A stretch of 64,000 nt of DNA from the human T2T-CHM13v2.0 reference genome, Homo sapiens (GCF_009914755.1 NC_060928.1); one strand, 5' to 3'; shown: positions 45,521-62,174, counted from the first letter of the stretch. The notes: generated by a model from the letters alone, not told the origin. Program-made: numbers and translations.

Positions 45521-45539
45521 CTATGTCAGCTCATTTCAT

Positions 45540-45686
45540 CCACCACCAGAACCACCACCTCCTAAATCACCATTACTCCAACCACCTTTATAGTTACCAC
45601 TACCACCACCATTATCACCATCACTGACATCATTGTGACCACCTCCACTATCACCACCACCACCACCATCATCACTACCACCATCC
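45540..45686. repeat. (CAC/CAT)n degenerate trinucleotide repeat
   Basis: accaccaccaccaccatcatcactaccacc visible. Confidence 0.85.
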
Positions 45687-45716
45687 CACTTCTTGCCCTC
45701 AACCTATGTTTCTAAA

Positions 45717-45895
45717 GCAGTCAGTTTCCAGTGCACACTTTGGTGGTGGTAGTTGTGGTAAATAAAGGAAGTTAAAAATTGAAAATAAATATCCCCAAAC
45801 TACTGAATCAGAATCATCCACAGTGGAAACTAGAAATATAAACTTTAACACATTCCTCAGGCAATTCTTATACAAAGTAAAGTGAAAGGACCACG
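45717..45895. mobile_element. MER5-type hAT remnant
   Basis: ccccaaactactgaatcagaatc..tttaaca..ctcaggcaattcttat. Confidence 0.55.
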
Positions 45896-46051
45896 ACAAT
45901 ATGTAATAGGGCTTCAATTTAATTCAGTGTATTTCAATAACTAAAATACTTCAACAAACATTTTTAAGGCTATAAAAACATAAACAAAGAAGAATAAACT
46001 TACTACTTTAAGTACAGATGCAATTGCTAACTTTTTTGTATTTTGTGACAG

Positions 46052-46222
46052 TTGGAACAGTAGAACCTAGTGCAGTTTTCAAGCAAGTATATAGTAAGAC
46101 TTGAGGTTAAAACAATTTGATTTGTAAGGAAGGAATGATTCCCAAAGTACTAATTTATCTCCATAACTTAGAACAAAGAAAGCTATGGATTTACTTTCCA
46201 AATTTTGTATTTTTACCTGCAG
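46052..46222 (+). ncRNA. Candidate non-coding exon (171 nt)
   Basis: Branch point tgctaac, pyrimidine tract and CAG (46025-46051); strong donor cag|gtaagg; stops in all three frames. Confidence 0.45.
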
Positions 46223-46809
46223 GTAAGGCATGTTAACGAGAGTTGGGTAAGATGTTATCTCACACTTTAATATGGCACAAAAAAACTCATATTGAGATTT
46301 TTTTCAAACTCTTCCTTCCTTACATTTATTTGCATCATATAACTACATGCCAAACCAAGTATAACCTGGGTATTTTGATACTATCATACTTCACACAAGG
46401 ACATTTCAAGTAAGAAAATTTGGAAAATGATGGCAGGTGTCTACATTTTGCCATTCTCTCATTACTCTTCAAAAGTTCCCAGGTTAGTCATTTGAAACTA
46501 ATTCATTAATTACTTAATGAATCGTGCACATATGCTGAAAGATACAATGGCAAGATTGCTCATTGCAGCCTTTTTTACATAAAAGAAAAAAGTTAAAATA
46601 ATCTATTTGTCCCTCAGTAGAGTGGAAAACAGTGATTTATTTATATAACAGGATATTATCAGTAATTTAAATTAATAACATCTACATGTTTTACATGACT
46701 ATATCTCAAAAATATTGCCTCAAAAGAGCCAACTGCAAAAGTTTATTTATAGTATGAGTCAATTCACGTAACTAATTAAATATATTAAAAAGCAATATAT
46801 AATGAGTAT

Positions 46810-47790
46810 TTAAGGACTGCACTTAAGAATAAGAAGAGTGTCAGGTGAAAAAGTGGGTAAGGTATTCAAGGCAACAGGCAAAGCCAAAATAAAGGAAGAT
46901 AGGCACAGAGACAGATACCATATTCTGGAATTAGCCAGCAGTCCTCCATAGGAAATTGCTAGGAAATGAGACTGGAAAGATAGACAAGTGGCCAGACTGT
47001 GAAACATCTTGATGGCTAGGCTAAGGAATTTGGGATTAACCATATTTGAACTAAAGAAATACAAATGTCATTTCAATGAACATTGAAATGATCAGATCTA
47101 TGGCTTAGGAAGATAACTGTGACTGTCAGATGGAGAAATCTGTAACAGAATGAGAAGCCTGTGCAGTAACCCAGGTAAAAGATTAAAAATGACTGTGAGA
47201 ATAGAAAGAATAGCATGAATTCAAGAATAGCTGTAAAGACTAAATTCACAGGGCTTAGTGGTCAACAGAAATGAGAACACGGTCAAAGAATAAAGGAAGG
47301 AAGGAAAGAAGGAAGAAAGGAGGAAGGAAAGAAGGGAGGGAGGGAGGGAGGAAGAAAGAAGAAAAGAAAAACAAAAGAAAAGAAAAATTAAAGTTGATAT
47401 CAGGATTTCTAATTTGAAATAATGTATAGGATAGAGTAGATTTAATGGGGGAAGCAGAGTTTACATTATCAGCGGGTCATTCCGAAGCTGATCTTAGTAG
47501 ACTAGAAACATCCAATCCTCATAAGAAAAATGAAATTATATAAAAATTTGTTTGGATTAAGTGGTATAAAACTGATAATAAAGGTATAGCACTTGAGAAG
47601 AAAATAGGACAGGGCAGAATTCTGAGGAACTGCTATAGGCTGGCATTTAAGCAGCAGGTAAAGAAGAAAGATATATTACAGAGGACATGAACAATGATCC
47701 AGAGAGGTTAAAAAAAAAAATCAGGAAGAAGTCGTGTTTCAGAAACAAGGGAAGAAAATGTATACTTGGCAAATAGAGAAGAGACTAGCC
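46810..47790 (-). mobile_element. L2 remnant interrupted by a purine-rich simple repeat (47295-47390)
   Basis: ggccagactgtgaaacatctt..gctaaggaatttggga, atgatcagatctatggcttaggaagataact. Confidence 0.6.
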
Positions 47791-48181
47791 AAATGTATTT
47801 TAAGGATCTTTTCAAACATTCTGATGGCTGAGTTTATTTTTATTAAGGTAATACTTTACAAACTCTGACCTAATTAGTCTGCAAAAATATATATACTCAT
47901 GTATATTTTGGGACTCCTAAAGGCCACCTGGATGTCGCATGGATGTTATATGTTATAGTCTCATACCCAGTATATTAAAAGTTAGGCATATGTATGAAGG
48001 AATTGACTAATAATGCTTCTATTGAAGACACAATCTTGCAGAATCAAACATGGAGGTTTAGTTTGGAGAATAATAAGAAAACCAGTAATGTACTGACAAA
48101 ATGTAGCTTTGACTTGCATCACCACTGATGTTCTGTTCTATTTTTATTTTTATTTTAACTTTTTCTTTGAAAGTTTATTGC

Positions 48182-48486
<305 letters not shown>

Positions 48487-50349
48487 GAAAGTTTATTGCA
48501 TCAAGTTTCAGCATGAAGTCATTATAATGCTAATGAGGTTATACATATTAAAAGAGTTACAGTAAAGCAACTCTGCATGTACAGAAGCCAAATTTAATAT
48601 ATAACAAATTGGATTTATTCCCAATGTGAAGGGCTTCTCATTATAGATAATTGCTCTGAAAAGCACATTTTTTTATTATTGCTATATTCCTAACAAAGGT
48701 AAAAAGGTATCCTTTTTTAAAAAAATTGTAAGTATAATTTAAAAAAAACCCTATCCAAGAAAAATAAACTTCATTAAATTGTTGATAACATTTTTTGATG
48801 AGCAATAAAGTTTCAATCTTAAGGATTCAAATTAGAAATTATTAACATGTATTTCCTGTAATGGTATATATGCTTCACCTCTGTGGTTTCTCAGAGTGAT
48901 TTTCCCCATACCTTCTCAGTGGGACAATATTGATTATCTAATAAGTGATTATAAAATAAGCCTACACATATAATTAAAATCAAATATATTTCCTAGCAGT
49001 TCCAAAAAGATTCCATAATTTTCAAATAATTATTAAAATGGAATCAATAGTGGTTGGTCATGATTTGGACATTCAGTTATTTTTCTCAAGTAGTTAATTT
49101 AAATAATCCATTCAAATGATCTATATCATGCAGTATTTCTTGAAACAGAACTTTGAAACTGTTTCTTAATCTCAATAGTGCAACTGGAGAAAGCATATAA
49201 GTAAAATGATGAGCTTTAGACTACAAAGCATTCTTTTGCAGCAGATTGAGAGCTCAAATTATGCTATTTTCTCTTACTCAGATAAATTTATTCTTGACCT
49301 TGCCTATTATTACATAAGAAACCACTGCTAAGAATTGCAGTTAACACAGCTATGAAACTTTAATATCATCTTCCCTTTTTACAAGTGGTGTGATTTTCTG
49401 TCATTACCAAGATAGCTTAGATTGGGATATGAAGGCAGATGTACTGACACATTAGATAACCATATACTGTTTAAAGGACACAGGAGTAGCTTCAAAGAAG
49501 GGGAATGAAGCTTCACAACAGGTCCCATGTCATGTCATCAATAACAGACCTGTCACACTAATGACTAAGGAAATGCAGGGAGCTGTGACAATGGGAACAT
49601 TCATCTTGTTCTTCTCTGGAAAAGGTGCACCTGTATCCCACTGCACTCTGTCTTCTGCTACCTCCCACCTCCCTGACTTTTGTTCTCCATGACAGTGAAT
49701 GTGATCGTGAGAATGTGGCCTATCTATCATCCTCTCATCCTGAAAGGCACCTTGACTACAGTTAATGACTGTAATAAGACCAAACAATAGATACAATACC
49801 CCAACCTCTTATTTTCAGCTTTTCTAAAAATGGACTCAATTGAGATTTTAAAAAAGGATCAAAGGATTCCACTAGAAAAGCAAATAATATTTTTGTAACA
49901 TCTCACATATTTTGCTCTCCTAGTTCATGTCATATATATCTACCAATATTTAGATAGGAAATGTGACTGAAAAGCAATGAGACTGTTATTCTTGGGTGGA
50001 TTATACAGGCAACAGCAATATATGGCTACATGCTTATAAACTTACATATGTAGGCCTCGTATTTACCAATAACATTTTTTAAATTTTGCACTGTGTAATA
50101 ACAGTGCTTCCCAGCAATAAAACAATAATGCCTTTTAGCAACAAATTATGCATCTTGTTTTTGTGTTGCACTAGTTATTCTCCACAAAACAACTAAATGT
50201 ATAGTGTAAGACTGTAAATGCACCCATATACAAAGAAATTAGAAGAGTAAAGTCAAATACATAATTTGAAAACATGCAGACATCAATCATTCAATGAATA
50301 CTTATTGAGTACCCTTTTAGTGTCAGATGGCCTCTGGAGGAGTTGGGCT

Positions 50350-50490
50350 AAAGGAGGCTGAATCCTTGCTTTGTTACTTTGTCACCTACATGTACTTGAA
50401 AAAATTACTAAAATTCTCTGTGCTTCAAGTTCAACTCTGTAAGTGGGCATGGTAACAACATCCATCTCTTAGGATTGTTATGAGGAGAAC
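50350..50490 (+). mobile_element. MIR
   Basis: ctctgtgcttcaagttc..ctcttaggattgttatgagga. Confidence 0.55.
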
Positions 50491-50834
50491 CTAGACCAGT
50501 GGCCTCACAAAAAGAAAACCCTGAAGAATTTTTTTTATTATTGCTATATTCCTAAAAACTAAAGTGTGAAAATATATTCTTTAAAACATTAAAAAATAAA
50601 AACTCTATCCAGTAACTATTGCTGTTGCTGCTGCTGGTACTACTACTATTATTGTCATTACTATTATTTCTGTTGCTGCTGCTTCTCCTGCTATACTACA
50701 TGCCAGACACTATAAGGTATTTTCAATTATTTTGATTGTCACAAAAAAAATTAAACAGAAGGTTTTCATTTCCATTTTACATGGTAAAAAACTGTCTCAA
50801 AAAAGTTAAATTTTTCACATAAACTGGTAATTCT

Positions 50835-51144
<310 letters not shown>

Positions 51145-52659
51145 ACAAACTAGTAATTCTAAAGTATTTTCTTTACATCAGTATTAAGAACTCCAGGGGA
51201 TGTAAAAATTAATGCAAGCTATTTATTAACAAAAACCTTCCAATACAGTAAGGAGAGTTATGTGGGTATATATCCACAAATAGCTATGACATAAGATAGG
51301 AATACAATGAAACTTTCCAGAGGTATTAAGATATATAGGGTCAAAGGAAAGGACTTTTAGGGGTGCATCTCAGGAGAACATGACTGAGTTTATTCTAAGG
51401 AGATCAGTATGCATTTAACTGCCAGGGGGAAGGAGAGCATTATCTTCTCTTGTCACACGAAGGCACGTGATAATGTTGACTGTAAGATGACAACAGAATG
51501 TAAAATTCACATTAAAATCCAAAAGAAAAGGCAGTTGGAGGCTTCTTGTTACTTCTTTCTATGTGCTGTTTTTAAAATCAGGAAATCACTGGCTTTTAGA
51601 ACTTCCCCAGTTCCCTTTACGTTAGCAGCAGATTCTTGTCCTGAACCTGAGTAATGACCTACATTGTGTACAACACATCCTAATGTCTGAGAGAAAGGTA
51701 CATCTGTGTTGCTTTTCCAGAAGTGAATGCATTAGAAGCATTACATTTTTATAAATAAGCCTGTAGGGAGAAAACCCTGATGCAAACTGCTAACAAGCCA
51801 ACTCAAGCCACATATATGCTAAGAAAATTACAGGAAACAATGTCAGTGATTTTACAATGTCAGTTGATGTTACAAGTGTGGTGGGTAAAACTTGCATCCA
51901 ATGAACAACAGCACTTAACAATTTTAAACAAAAAGTAGGTATTCCACAACAAACATTTTTGTCATCTATAGAGAATATTTATGGGTTCATGGTAACAAGT
52001 TAACAGCCATTAGAACTTTAAAAAATAAATGTTTCAATTATTACTGAAAAGATCTTTTGCCTTCACAGCAAATGGATTTAAGGAAAAATTCAAATTCATC
52101 ATAATTAGATAAAAAATAAACATATATTTAACAAATATTTTAGTAACCAATGTATAAGTATTTGTTGACCTTTTCTTTGTCTAAACTGATGTAATTATTC
52201 ACTCAGGGCTTGTCTTCCCAAAGCACCCAGAATCTCCCCTTCTTTCAAAAGTCTTCATTAAATTGTCAACTGAGGCTTGTAACCTCTGGCTTCAGTTATA
52301 TTTTCTACCAGGATTAAATTAAAGAATATACGGCTTTATATTTTTTTTTTTCCTGCATTGGCAATGTCCCATAATTAAATATGAAAAGAATAAAAATTCA
52401 GAAACATATGTGATTTTTCTATCACATCTTATATCTTTACTCTGGTGTATAAAATATTTCTGGCATTTTGCTATATATATGTATGTATTCTAAGTGTATC
52501 TTTTTGTAAGTGGTTTATATCATTGCAATGAAATTTCTCATTTTATGTTTTAAATTTAATTTTTCTTTAAAAGATGATTTATATCACCATAAATTTAAAA
52601 TGTCAAGCAGTTTATCACAAATTTACTTAAAATGTCCTTGGGATCTAACATTGACCTAA

Positions 52660-52940
52660 AGGGTTTAACACAAATTATGCATATTATAATGTATCCTTCA
52701 AGTCTAGACTGAAATATTCTCTGAAATGTGTTACCTGCCTTAAGCACTCACTAGTGATCTCTCCCTTCTCTGATCTTCTCTACTACTTACCATTCAAGCC
52801 TTCTTTTTTCCTCTTAACTACTCTGTGCAAGTGTATGTGTGGTCCCTCTAATCAGATCAAAAGCTCTTTTGAGGGCAAGAGTGAGAGTAATAGGTCTTTC
52901 ACGTAACAGAGGTTCACACATTTTTTGAGTCATTGATGAT
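52660..52940 (+). mobile_element. L2 3' end remnant
   Basis: tatccttcaagtctagactgaaatatt..aagctcttttgagggcaaga. Confidence 0.5.
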
Positions 52941-53678
52941 ACTGAAAAAAGAGAAGAAAAAGAGAAGAAACAAAAGCAGAAAATTTTTCAACGTATTATT
53001 TCAGGGATATTGTAAATTTTAAATGTGATTCATAATATTCAGAATAAGAGGAAGTAGAAATCTAGGTGGTATTTGGAAACCTGATACAAAAGAGCAGTAA
53101 ATTGGTCAAAATAATCCAAAGTGCTAAAGCAATGGTCATGTGGGTATGTTTATTCCATGTATAATTTTCTGGAGCCCAAACTGAATTTTTCCTCACTGTT
53201 AAACAGAACAGCATGATAAAAAAAGATGGTGCTGAATCCTCTACAATCAAACCCTTAAAATATTTTCAGAGTTCTAGAATGCATGAACTCTCAAATTTCC
53301 CTAGATTCAAACAATCAATCCTTTCAACACTAGTTGCCTAAAACCACAAAGCACTGCATTGCTATTGATGACATTATTGCCAGTTTTAAAGAGATTAACC
53401 AAAGCAAGTATTCATTATTCATATTCAAAATATGTATTTTCAAATAACTTTGATCTAAGTCCTGAAATTAAAATGTTGCATAAAATTCTCACCATATTAA
53501 TAATTATAATACATGTAGGGGAAACGGTACTATAAAAAAGCATTTGAAGGAAGAAATCTTTAGTTCTACCCTCTACAGTGCCTCTTACTAACTGTTATTA
53601 CCTAAGGTAAAGCCATGCAATCTCTTTTGACCTCAAATGTACCAAGTATATATTGATAATATTGAAGTATACATTCTC

Positions 53679-54003
<325 letters not shown>

Positions 54004-54340
54004 TAAGTTTCTATGATTATATGAATTAATTATATTTGCAAGCCTGAAACTTCATAAAAATTCAAGGCCTGCTACATTTATGAAAGCCCTGGAAATCCAC
54101 CGACCTGGGGCAAAGTCCAAAAGGAAAAGAAAAGAAAAAAACTCTGTATTCCCTATCATACACAGCTTGACAGGCCTCTTTGAACTTTGAAGCAACATAT
54201 TCCAAATTTGAATGCGGTGCCCTGCACTGCTTTTAAAATGGTATTCCTTGAGTGTGCCAAGAATAAGAGAAGGCTCTCCAGCTGAAATTGCAGCTCTATT
54301 TTCTTCTTTGTTCTGTTTTGTTTCCATGTGTGGGTGCATT

Positions 54341-54370
54341 TGTGTGTGTGTGTGTGTGTGCGCGCGCGTG
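54341..54370. repeat. (TG)10(CG)4TG alternating purine-pyrimidine microsatellite
   Basis: Read directly from the sequence. Confidence 0.95.
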
Positions 54371-54534
54371 CTTTATATATGAAGCCACCTTCCCTCCTGG
54401 GTTGACTTTGCACTATAGTGGCCACAAACTTAAAGACAGCATTTATCAGACTTTCTTATAGTTGGAGTTCTGGAATAGGGTCCCAACAATTAAATGTACA
54501 CATGTGGGAGAGTAATAACATTGAAATACAGGCC

Positions 54535-54795
54535 ATTATTGTATATACAGTATAGGTATATATACATATATATATAGTGTATATATATACATATATGTAT
54601 ATGCTATATATATAGTATATATAGTATACTATATATAGACAATATACTATATATATAAAACATATATATACTATATATATTACTAAATTTATAAATTTAG
54701 TATATATAATTACTAAAATATATATACTAAATATATACTATAGTATATAGTATATACTAAATATATACTATATATATGTAGTGTATATATATATT
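54535..54795. repeat. Interrupted (TA)n low-complexity tract
   Basis: About 260 bp of TA-rich units with internal palindromes. Confidence 0.95.
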
Positions 54796-54799
54796 TTTT

Positions 54800-55158
54800 T
54801 GCTTAGCTCTACTGGCACACATAGTTGATACATGGAGTTTTCTGCTGTATGATTCGAGACTATTCAGAAGCTTTATGCATGTCAAACGACAGCTATGAAG
54901 TTAGTGACAGTAGCTTACCTACCAGCTATTTCAGATTCCAGTCACTAGTTTTAAAAATGTGAAAATGTGTGGCAGCAGCCTCAGCTCCTCTGCTGGACTA
55001 TATCATGGTGTTTTGCAAGTTATTTCTGAAAATCCATCCTGGAGTTCCCTACATCAATTTTTCCAACAAGATAATAAGCACCTTATTCCCTGTATTAAAT
55101 TAATTTTTGCCCAAACAAATTGATTTTCTTTTTCCGCATCTGAAACCTGTGTGATACA
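54800..55158 (+). mobile_element. Old ERVL-type LTR remnant
   Basis: taagcaccttattccctgtattaaa and terminal tgataca. Confidence 0.35.
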
Positions 55159-55202
55159 CAACTATTTTTATGCTAATACTACTAAAATGCAGAAAATAGA
55201 GT

Positions 55203-55270
55203 TGGAAGAAAGGAAGGAAGGAAGGAAGGAAGGAAGGAAGGAAAGGAGGGAGGGAGGGAGGGAGGGGGGA
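55203..55270. repeat. (GGAA)8 plus (GGGA)n purine microsatellite
   Basis: Eight consecutive GGAA at 55212-55243. Confidence 0.95.
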
Positions 55271-55279
55271 TGGGCAAGA

Positions 55280-55455
55280 CTGTATTAGATTAAAAGGCAG
55301 TAAAACCCTTGCCCTGGTTTCAGTACTGCCACTAACTCATTAATATGACCTTACCAAGTCACTTAAACTTTCCAGACCTCAGTGCCTCAACTATAAAATG
55401 ACAATATTGGAGGATGTATTCTCAATGGTTTCTGTGAATTCTAAAATTCTATGCC
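55280..55455 (+). mobile_element. MIR
   Basis: ctgccactaactc..tgaccttaccaagtcacttaaac..cctcagtgcctcaactataaaatg. Confidence 0.7.
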
Positions 55456-56299
55456 TTGATAAATTAATTAAATTTAAATCATTAGCTGCACTGCCACAAG
55501 GTTCTTGAATCCCAAGGCAAATGACCTGTTTCACTTATAACCAGAACAGACAAAAACCTGCATTTTTAAACTCTCTGATGGCTTCTCCCATATCTTAGTA
55601 CTTTTATCAGAGAGTAAGAAGAGGCAGACAGTTACTCATATGAACAACTTTCTGAATTAGATAGCTATGTCAATTTAAAGCCTTAACAAATTTATAGTAG
55701 TAGTTTTTACTTTTTGTTTTTTCAAAATTAAAAGTATGAGGTAAAAAAAATTAAAGTCAATTACTGAAGCATTTTACTTAGTATAAATATTGTTCTAAAG
55801 CAATACTCCTAATGGACAGTCAGGTACTATCTGCTCATAAACCATAAAATGTTCTTTGAAACTGAAGATTGTTACCTATTCAGTAAAAACACTTTAAAAG
55901 AACTCTAAAATGGTTTGATGTATTGAACAATTGAGTAGTATGACATGGCATTTACTGTTTTTTAATAGCTCTACCATTTTCTTAGCAGGTGATGCAGAAC
56001 CAATTATAGCTATTATAACAATTTAATCATGAAAAAAATGATGACTGGGTTGTAATAGTCTGACCAATTTCTGATAGTTTATAAAGCCAGATTTAATAGA
56101 TGTCTGCAACACTTTTGAATGTGTACCTGTATTCTCCAAAACATATATGGCAGAGACTGCTAATTTTAATATTCCTGCTTTTAACTGGCCCCTTTACAGC
56201 TGGATGGTGGCTATGGATCTCTAAGTACTGGCCATTAGCAAGTAAAGAAAATCATTATCCAATTACAAAAATAATTTTTATGGCAAATTTGGGATTATT

Positions 56300-56572
56300 T
56301 CCTTCAAAAGGACAAGAGCAACCCTTTCCTTTCTCTCCCTCCTGGCATATAGAACTTAGATGTTATGTCGAGAACAACCATCTTGAACCGGAAGGGTGAA
56401 GACACATGGCCAGGCTTCCTAAATGGTGAGCTGGCTGAAGCCCATGATGCTGGTGACTTCATGGAGCCTCCATATGAGCCTTAAGCTCCCTACCTCTTGT
56501 TACAAAGAAGACATTTCTATAGTTACTTTTATCTTGATTTTATATGCAACTGAGCCTACTCTTATCCAGCAT
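56300..56572 (+). mobile_element. MLT1J/K-type MaLR LTR remnant
   Basis: caaccatcttgaacc..gtgacttcatggagcctccata..cctacctc. Confidence 0.5.
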
Positions 56573-57254
56573 AGGTATTTTCAAGATTAGGAGATTGTTG
56601 TAGTTCTCATTCAAATTGCATGTATAAATTGTTTTAAAAAATTATGAAAAACCTATATATACATCATTAAATACTGTTCTTTGGGGAAAAAAGCCATATA
56701 ATTGTTTCTTTAAATGTTTTGTAGATGTTAGTAATTATATGTGTGAACATATCAGTAAAAAAAAAAATAAATGAAATTGCTAAAAGGAAATACATGCTTC
56801 AACAAAAATATCCAAGTTCATTTTAATCATATGTATTTTAACACATGATTTAGAATTTACACTTACAGGGTTTTTTTCAGTTTTCCATTTGGGATCACTA
56901 TGAAATAAGGCCAGTAATGAGCACACATAGCTAATTAATAGATGTACATTAAATTACAGATTTCTCTACTAACACAGAAGAGAAACTAAAGAAGGATCCA
57001 CTTAGTAAGAATAAAATTAGCACACAAAACATTTAAAAACTATTCATATGTAAGTACAATCAAATTCAAATTATTTATTAATAGTTTAGGGTAGATATAT
57101 TCAAATGTCTTCTTTTTTAAAAAGGTACCTACTGATTATAAAAAGAAAAGTATTAAACAATGTAATCAGCACTTACCATGCACCATACAGCCTAGATACT
57201 TTTTTCGTAACCCATAGTATCACAGGAATAGACACTATTATCATGCCCATTTTA

Positions 57255-59344
<2,090 letters not shown>

Positions 59345-61254
59345 TTAAAGGTGAGGAATCTGGAGCTCAGTTCTCAAATTCTCTGGATATGAGTAGAGTA
59401 AGAAGAAATGGAATAGCCAGGTGGACCCCCTTTGTCTGTCTTATCAGAAAAGGTAAATTTTTAACCATTACGCTGTTACCCATGAAGACCTGAATAATAA
59501 CAATATATAAAATGTGTTGCATTTATTTATGCCTTCTTCCCCTCCAAGATTATATCCTACTCAGCTAATAATAGAAAGGAAGAAACAACTAAAATAGGAA
59601 TTTGACTTTAATGAATTTACCATATAAAGTTCTAATTACTTTGAAAATTTATAAAAATCTATGTTTTTATTTATGTTATTTGTGATTTTATTCCGGCACA
59701 TATTTGTATTACTTATTTTTAAGCTGTTGGCATCTGCATTTCAATTCAAACTGCATATGTAGTAACACAGTGATTATTAAAACTGAATTTCCTGGTGAAA
59801 TACAGATGTAAAAAGAAACCTATTAGTGATGATGAAAATTTTTTTAAAAGTGAAAGGTCTAAGAAAATAATTATTCTTAAATATAAAATACAAATTTTGA
59901 ATGATATTGAGTGTTGAAATTAGTAGTAACTCTGACCTCAGAGGTGAAGAGGTTCATTTTATGTTCGATATAGAACAAGAAAAAGAAATTTACTAAAATA
60001 TTTCAGGATGTGCTCTAGTTAGTACAAAACAATAGCATTTATGGGAAAAATTCTGTGCTATGGTAGGTATCAGTGAAGCCTGATTTTATAGCCATTTTCA
60101 CTGCCTAAAATAAAGAAAAAAATTTTTTAAATTAATCTGTGACAGATGTCACTAGATTATCTATATATTCGTTAATTGGCACTCTACATTCAGAATTTAA
60201 TTTTTTAATTCTCCATTTTTATGGTAAATGATAGCACGACAGGGGAAACTCCTTCTTGTCAATTGGAACTAATTGTATAAGCAACTCAACATTTTACAAA
60301 AGACATGACTTTTGTTTTTAATCAAATTGGTAGTCATCATATTCATTTTAGAAACCCAATCTATGTGTTAAAATAGCATTATGTGAAGATTATTTAAAAT
60401 AGATTTTCTAGGTGTGGCAGAGTTGCTCTAATATTATTCATTATTGTCTATTTAATGTATTTTTATGTCCTGTTGATGTCTGTCTTTTTCTTCTGTGATG
60501 TAACAATACAATCACATAATGATCTGCACACAGCACTGTTACCAGTTTAGCATTTGCGGTGTTAGTTCTGCTGATATAATCAACTATCCAATCTGAATCA
60601 AGCAATCATTGAGGAAGAAACATTTATATCAATTACAATTGTTCTAAATGATTATTAATAATAAGCAATATTATTGAAAATGTTTAGGATCAAATCCCCA
60701 GTATCTCTGTAATATAGACATGTGTCTGCTTGATATTTGTCTATTCTGTGTATTTTTTCCCACAAGTTAACGTTAAAAGCAGAAAGTTATATGCTACCAA
60801 ATCTAATGAATTATATAGGTCACAGTAAACTCTCTACTAGGCATACAAAAGATCTATTAACCTCAAAAAATATGTCATTTAAAAAAGAACACAGCCAAGA
60901 GAGTCAAGATAACATACTGTGATAGCTTAGAATATTCTATAAGATGGTCCTTTCTCATTGCTGAGATTACACCTAAGTTTCTGTTACTTTAAGTTTCTTC
61001 AAAATTAAGGTTTCTATTGCCAACTTCCATGAAACCTAAAAATAATTACAAAAATTACATCACAAAGACAACCATGTAATGTTATGTTTCTAGCTTCCTG
61101 TAACCATCTGGAATATTACTAAACTAATTCTCCAATACAGATACACTTTGCATAAGCACACAGAACTATGCCATGAATAATATCCTATTTGCAGTTTTTG
61201 ACCCAAATATTTCTCTTTTACTTTCTCATTTTTAATAGGGACATAATTCATAAT

Positions 61255-61500
61255 AGTAACAGCTAACATTTACTGTAATATATGTCCAGCACTATCCTTA
61301 GTACTTATGTATATTGACTTGGTAAATTTTAACAGTAATTATAAAGAAAGCACTATTATTATATCCATCACCATTATCAGATGGGGAAACAGAGCCATAT
61401 AAACCTTAAGTAACTTGTCTAAAGTCATACAGGTTTATGTAGTGAAATTCAGATTTGAACATGGGCATCATAGTTTAAGTCCTTGGTGCTAACCATTACT
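61255..61500 (-). mobile_element. MIR, near full length
   Basis: cagatggggaaacagag..ttaagtaacttgtctaaagtcatacag. Confidence 0.75.
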
Positions 61501-61657
61501 CTATCATCCCTCTTAATTTTACAATAAGAAAATAAAAACTCAATTAGAAAAGAAAAGTAACTGACAGTGGTCCACAGTAGTAGGACCATGGGAAACTGGA
61601 GACTATATGATTCACTGAAAGAAGCAGATGCTATGCAGTTCCAGCTAACTGTTGTCA

Positions 61658-62130
61658 TGTAGAAATGTATTGGGTCAGTATTTCATTTTACCCTATCTAT
61701 AAGCTAGTAAGTTAACTGGTTACTATTTCATGATACTGGCAAAAAGAAAAAGAGATTCCTGGGTCAGATACGAATTAACTTTGTTACTCAAAGCACAGCA
61801 AGCAGTATGGTCAAAAGTATATTTGTATCAGTTCTCTTTTCTTGTCACATTACAATGAGCCCTTACCCAGATTTAAAGTAAGTGGTTTCTAAATGATGCA
61901 TACATAGAATTACATACACAAAAGGAAGCTATTCAACAGTCATTAAAGCTTTGCATTTTATACTCCTCTAATTGCATCAATTAAGTGACATTTCCAGAGA
62001 ATCATGCTTCATAAATCAATAATTTCAGATTTATTTACAATTAGCAACAATGACAAACAGCTACAGTACATTCTGCTGTAAAAGCATTACATAGATAAGG
62101 ACTCTGTCCCTAGTAAATACCACTAGTGTG
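61658..62130 (-). mobile_element. ERVL LTR (MER54/MER73/MER74-group-like)
   Basis: gagattcctgggtcagatac..actttgttactcaaagcacagcaagcagtatg resembles a recalled consensus. Confidence 0.4.
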
Positions 62131-62174
62131 ATTGCAATGATATCTCTCATTAACATATTTATAAAGAGTTTGGA

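Noticed and set aside
54052-54425. Two overlapping minus-strand ORFs (95 and 89 aa)
   Set aside because: They run through a microsatellite or pyrimidine tract; no family resemblance.
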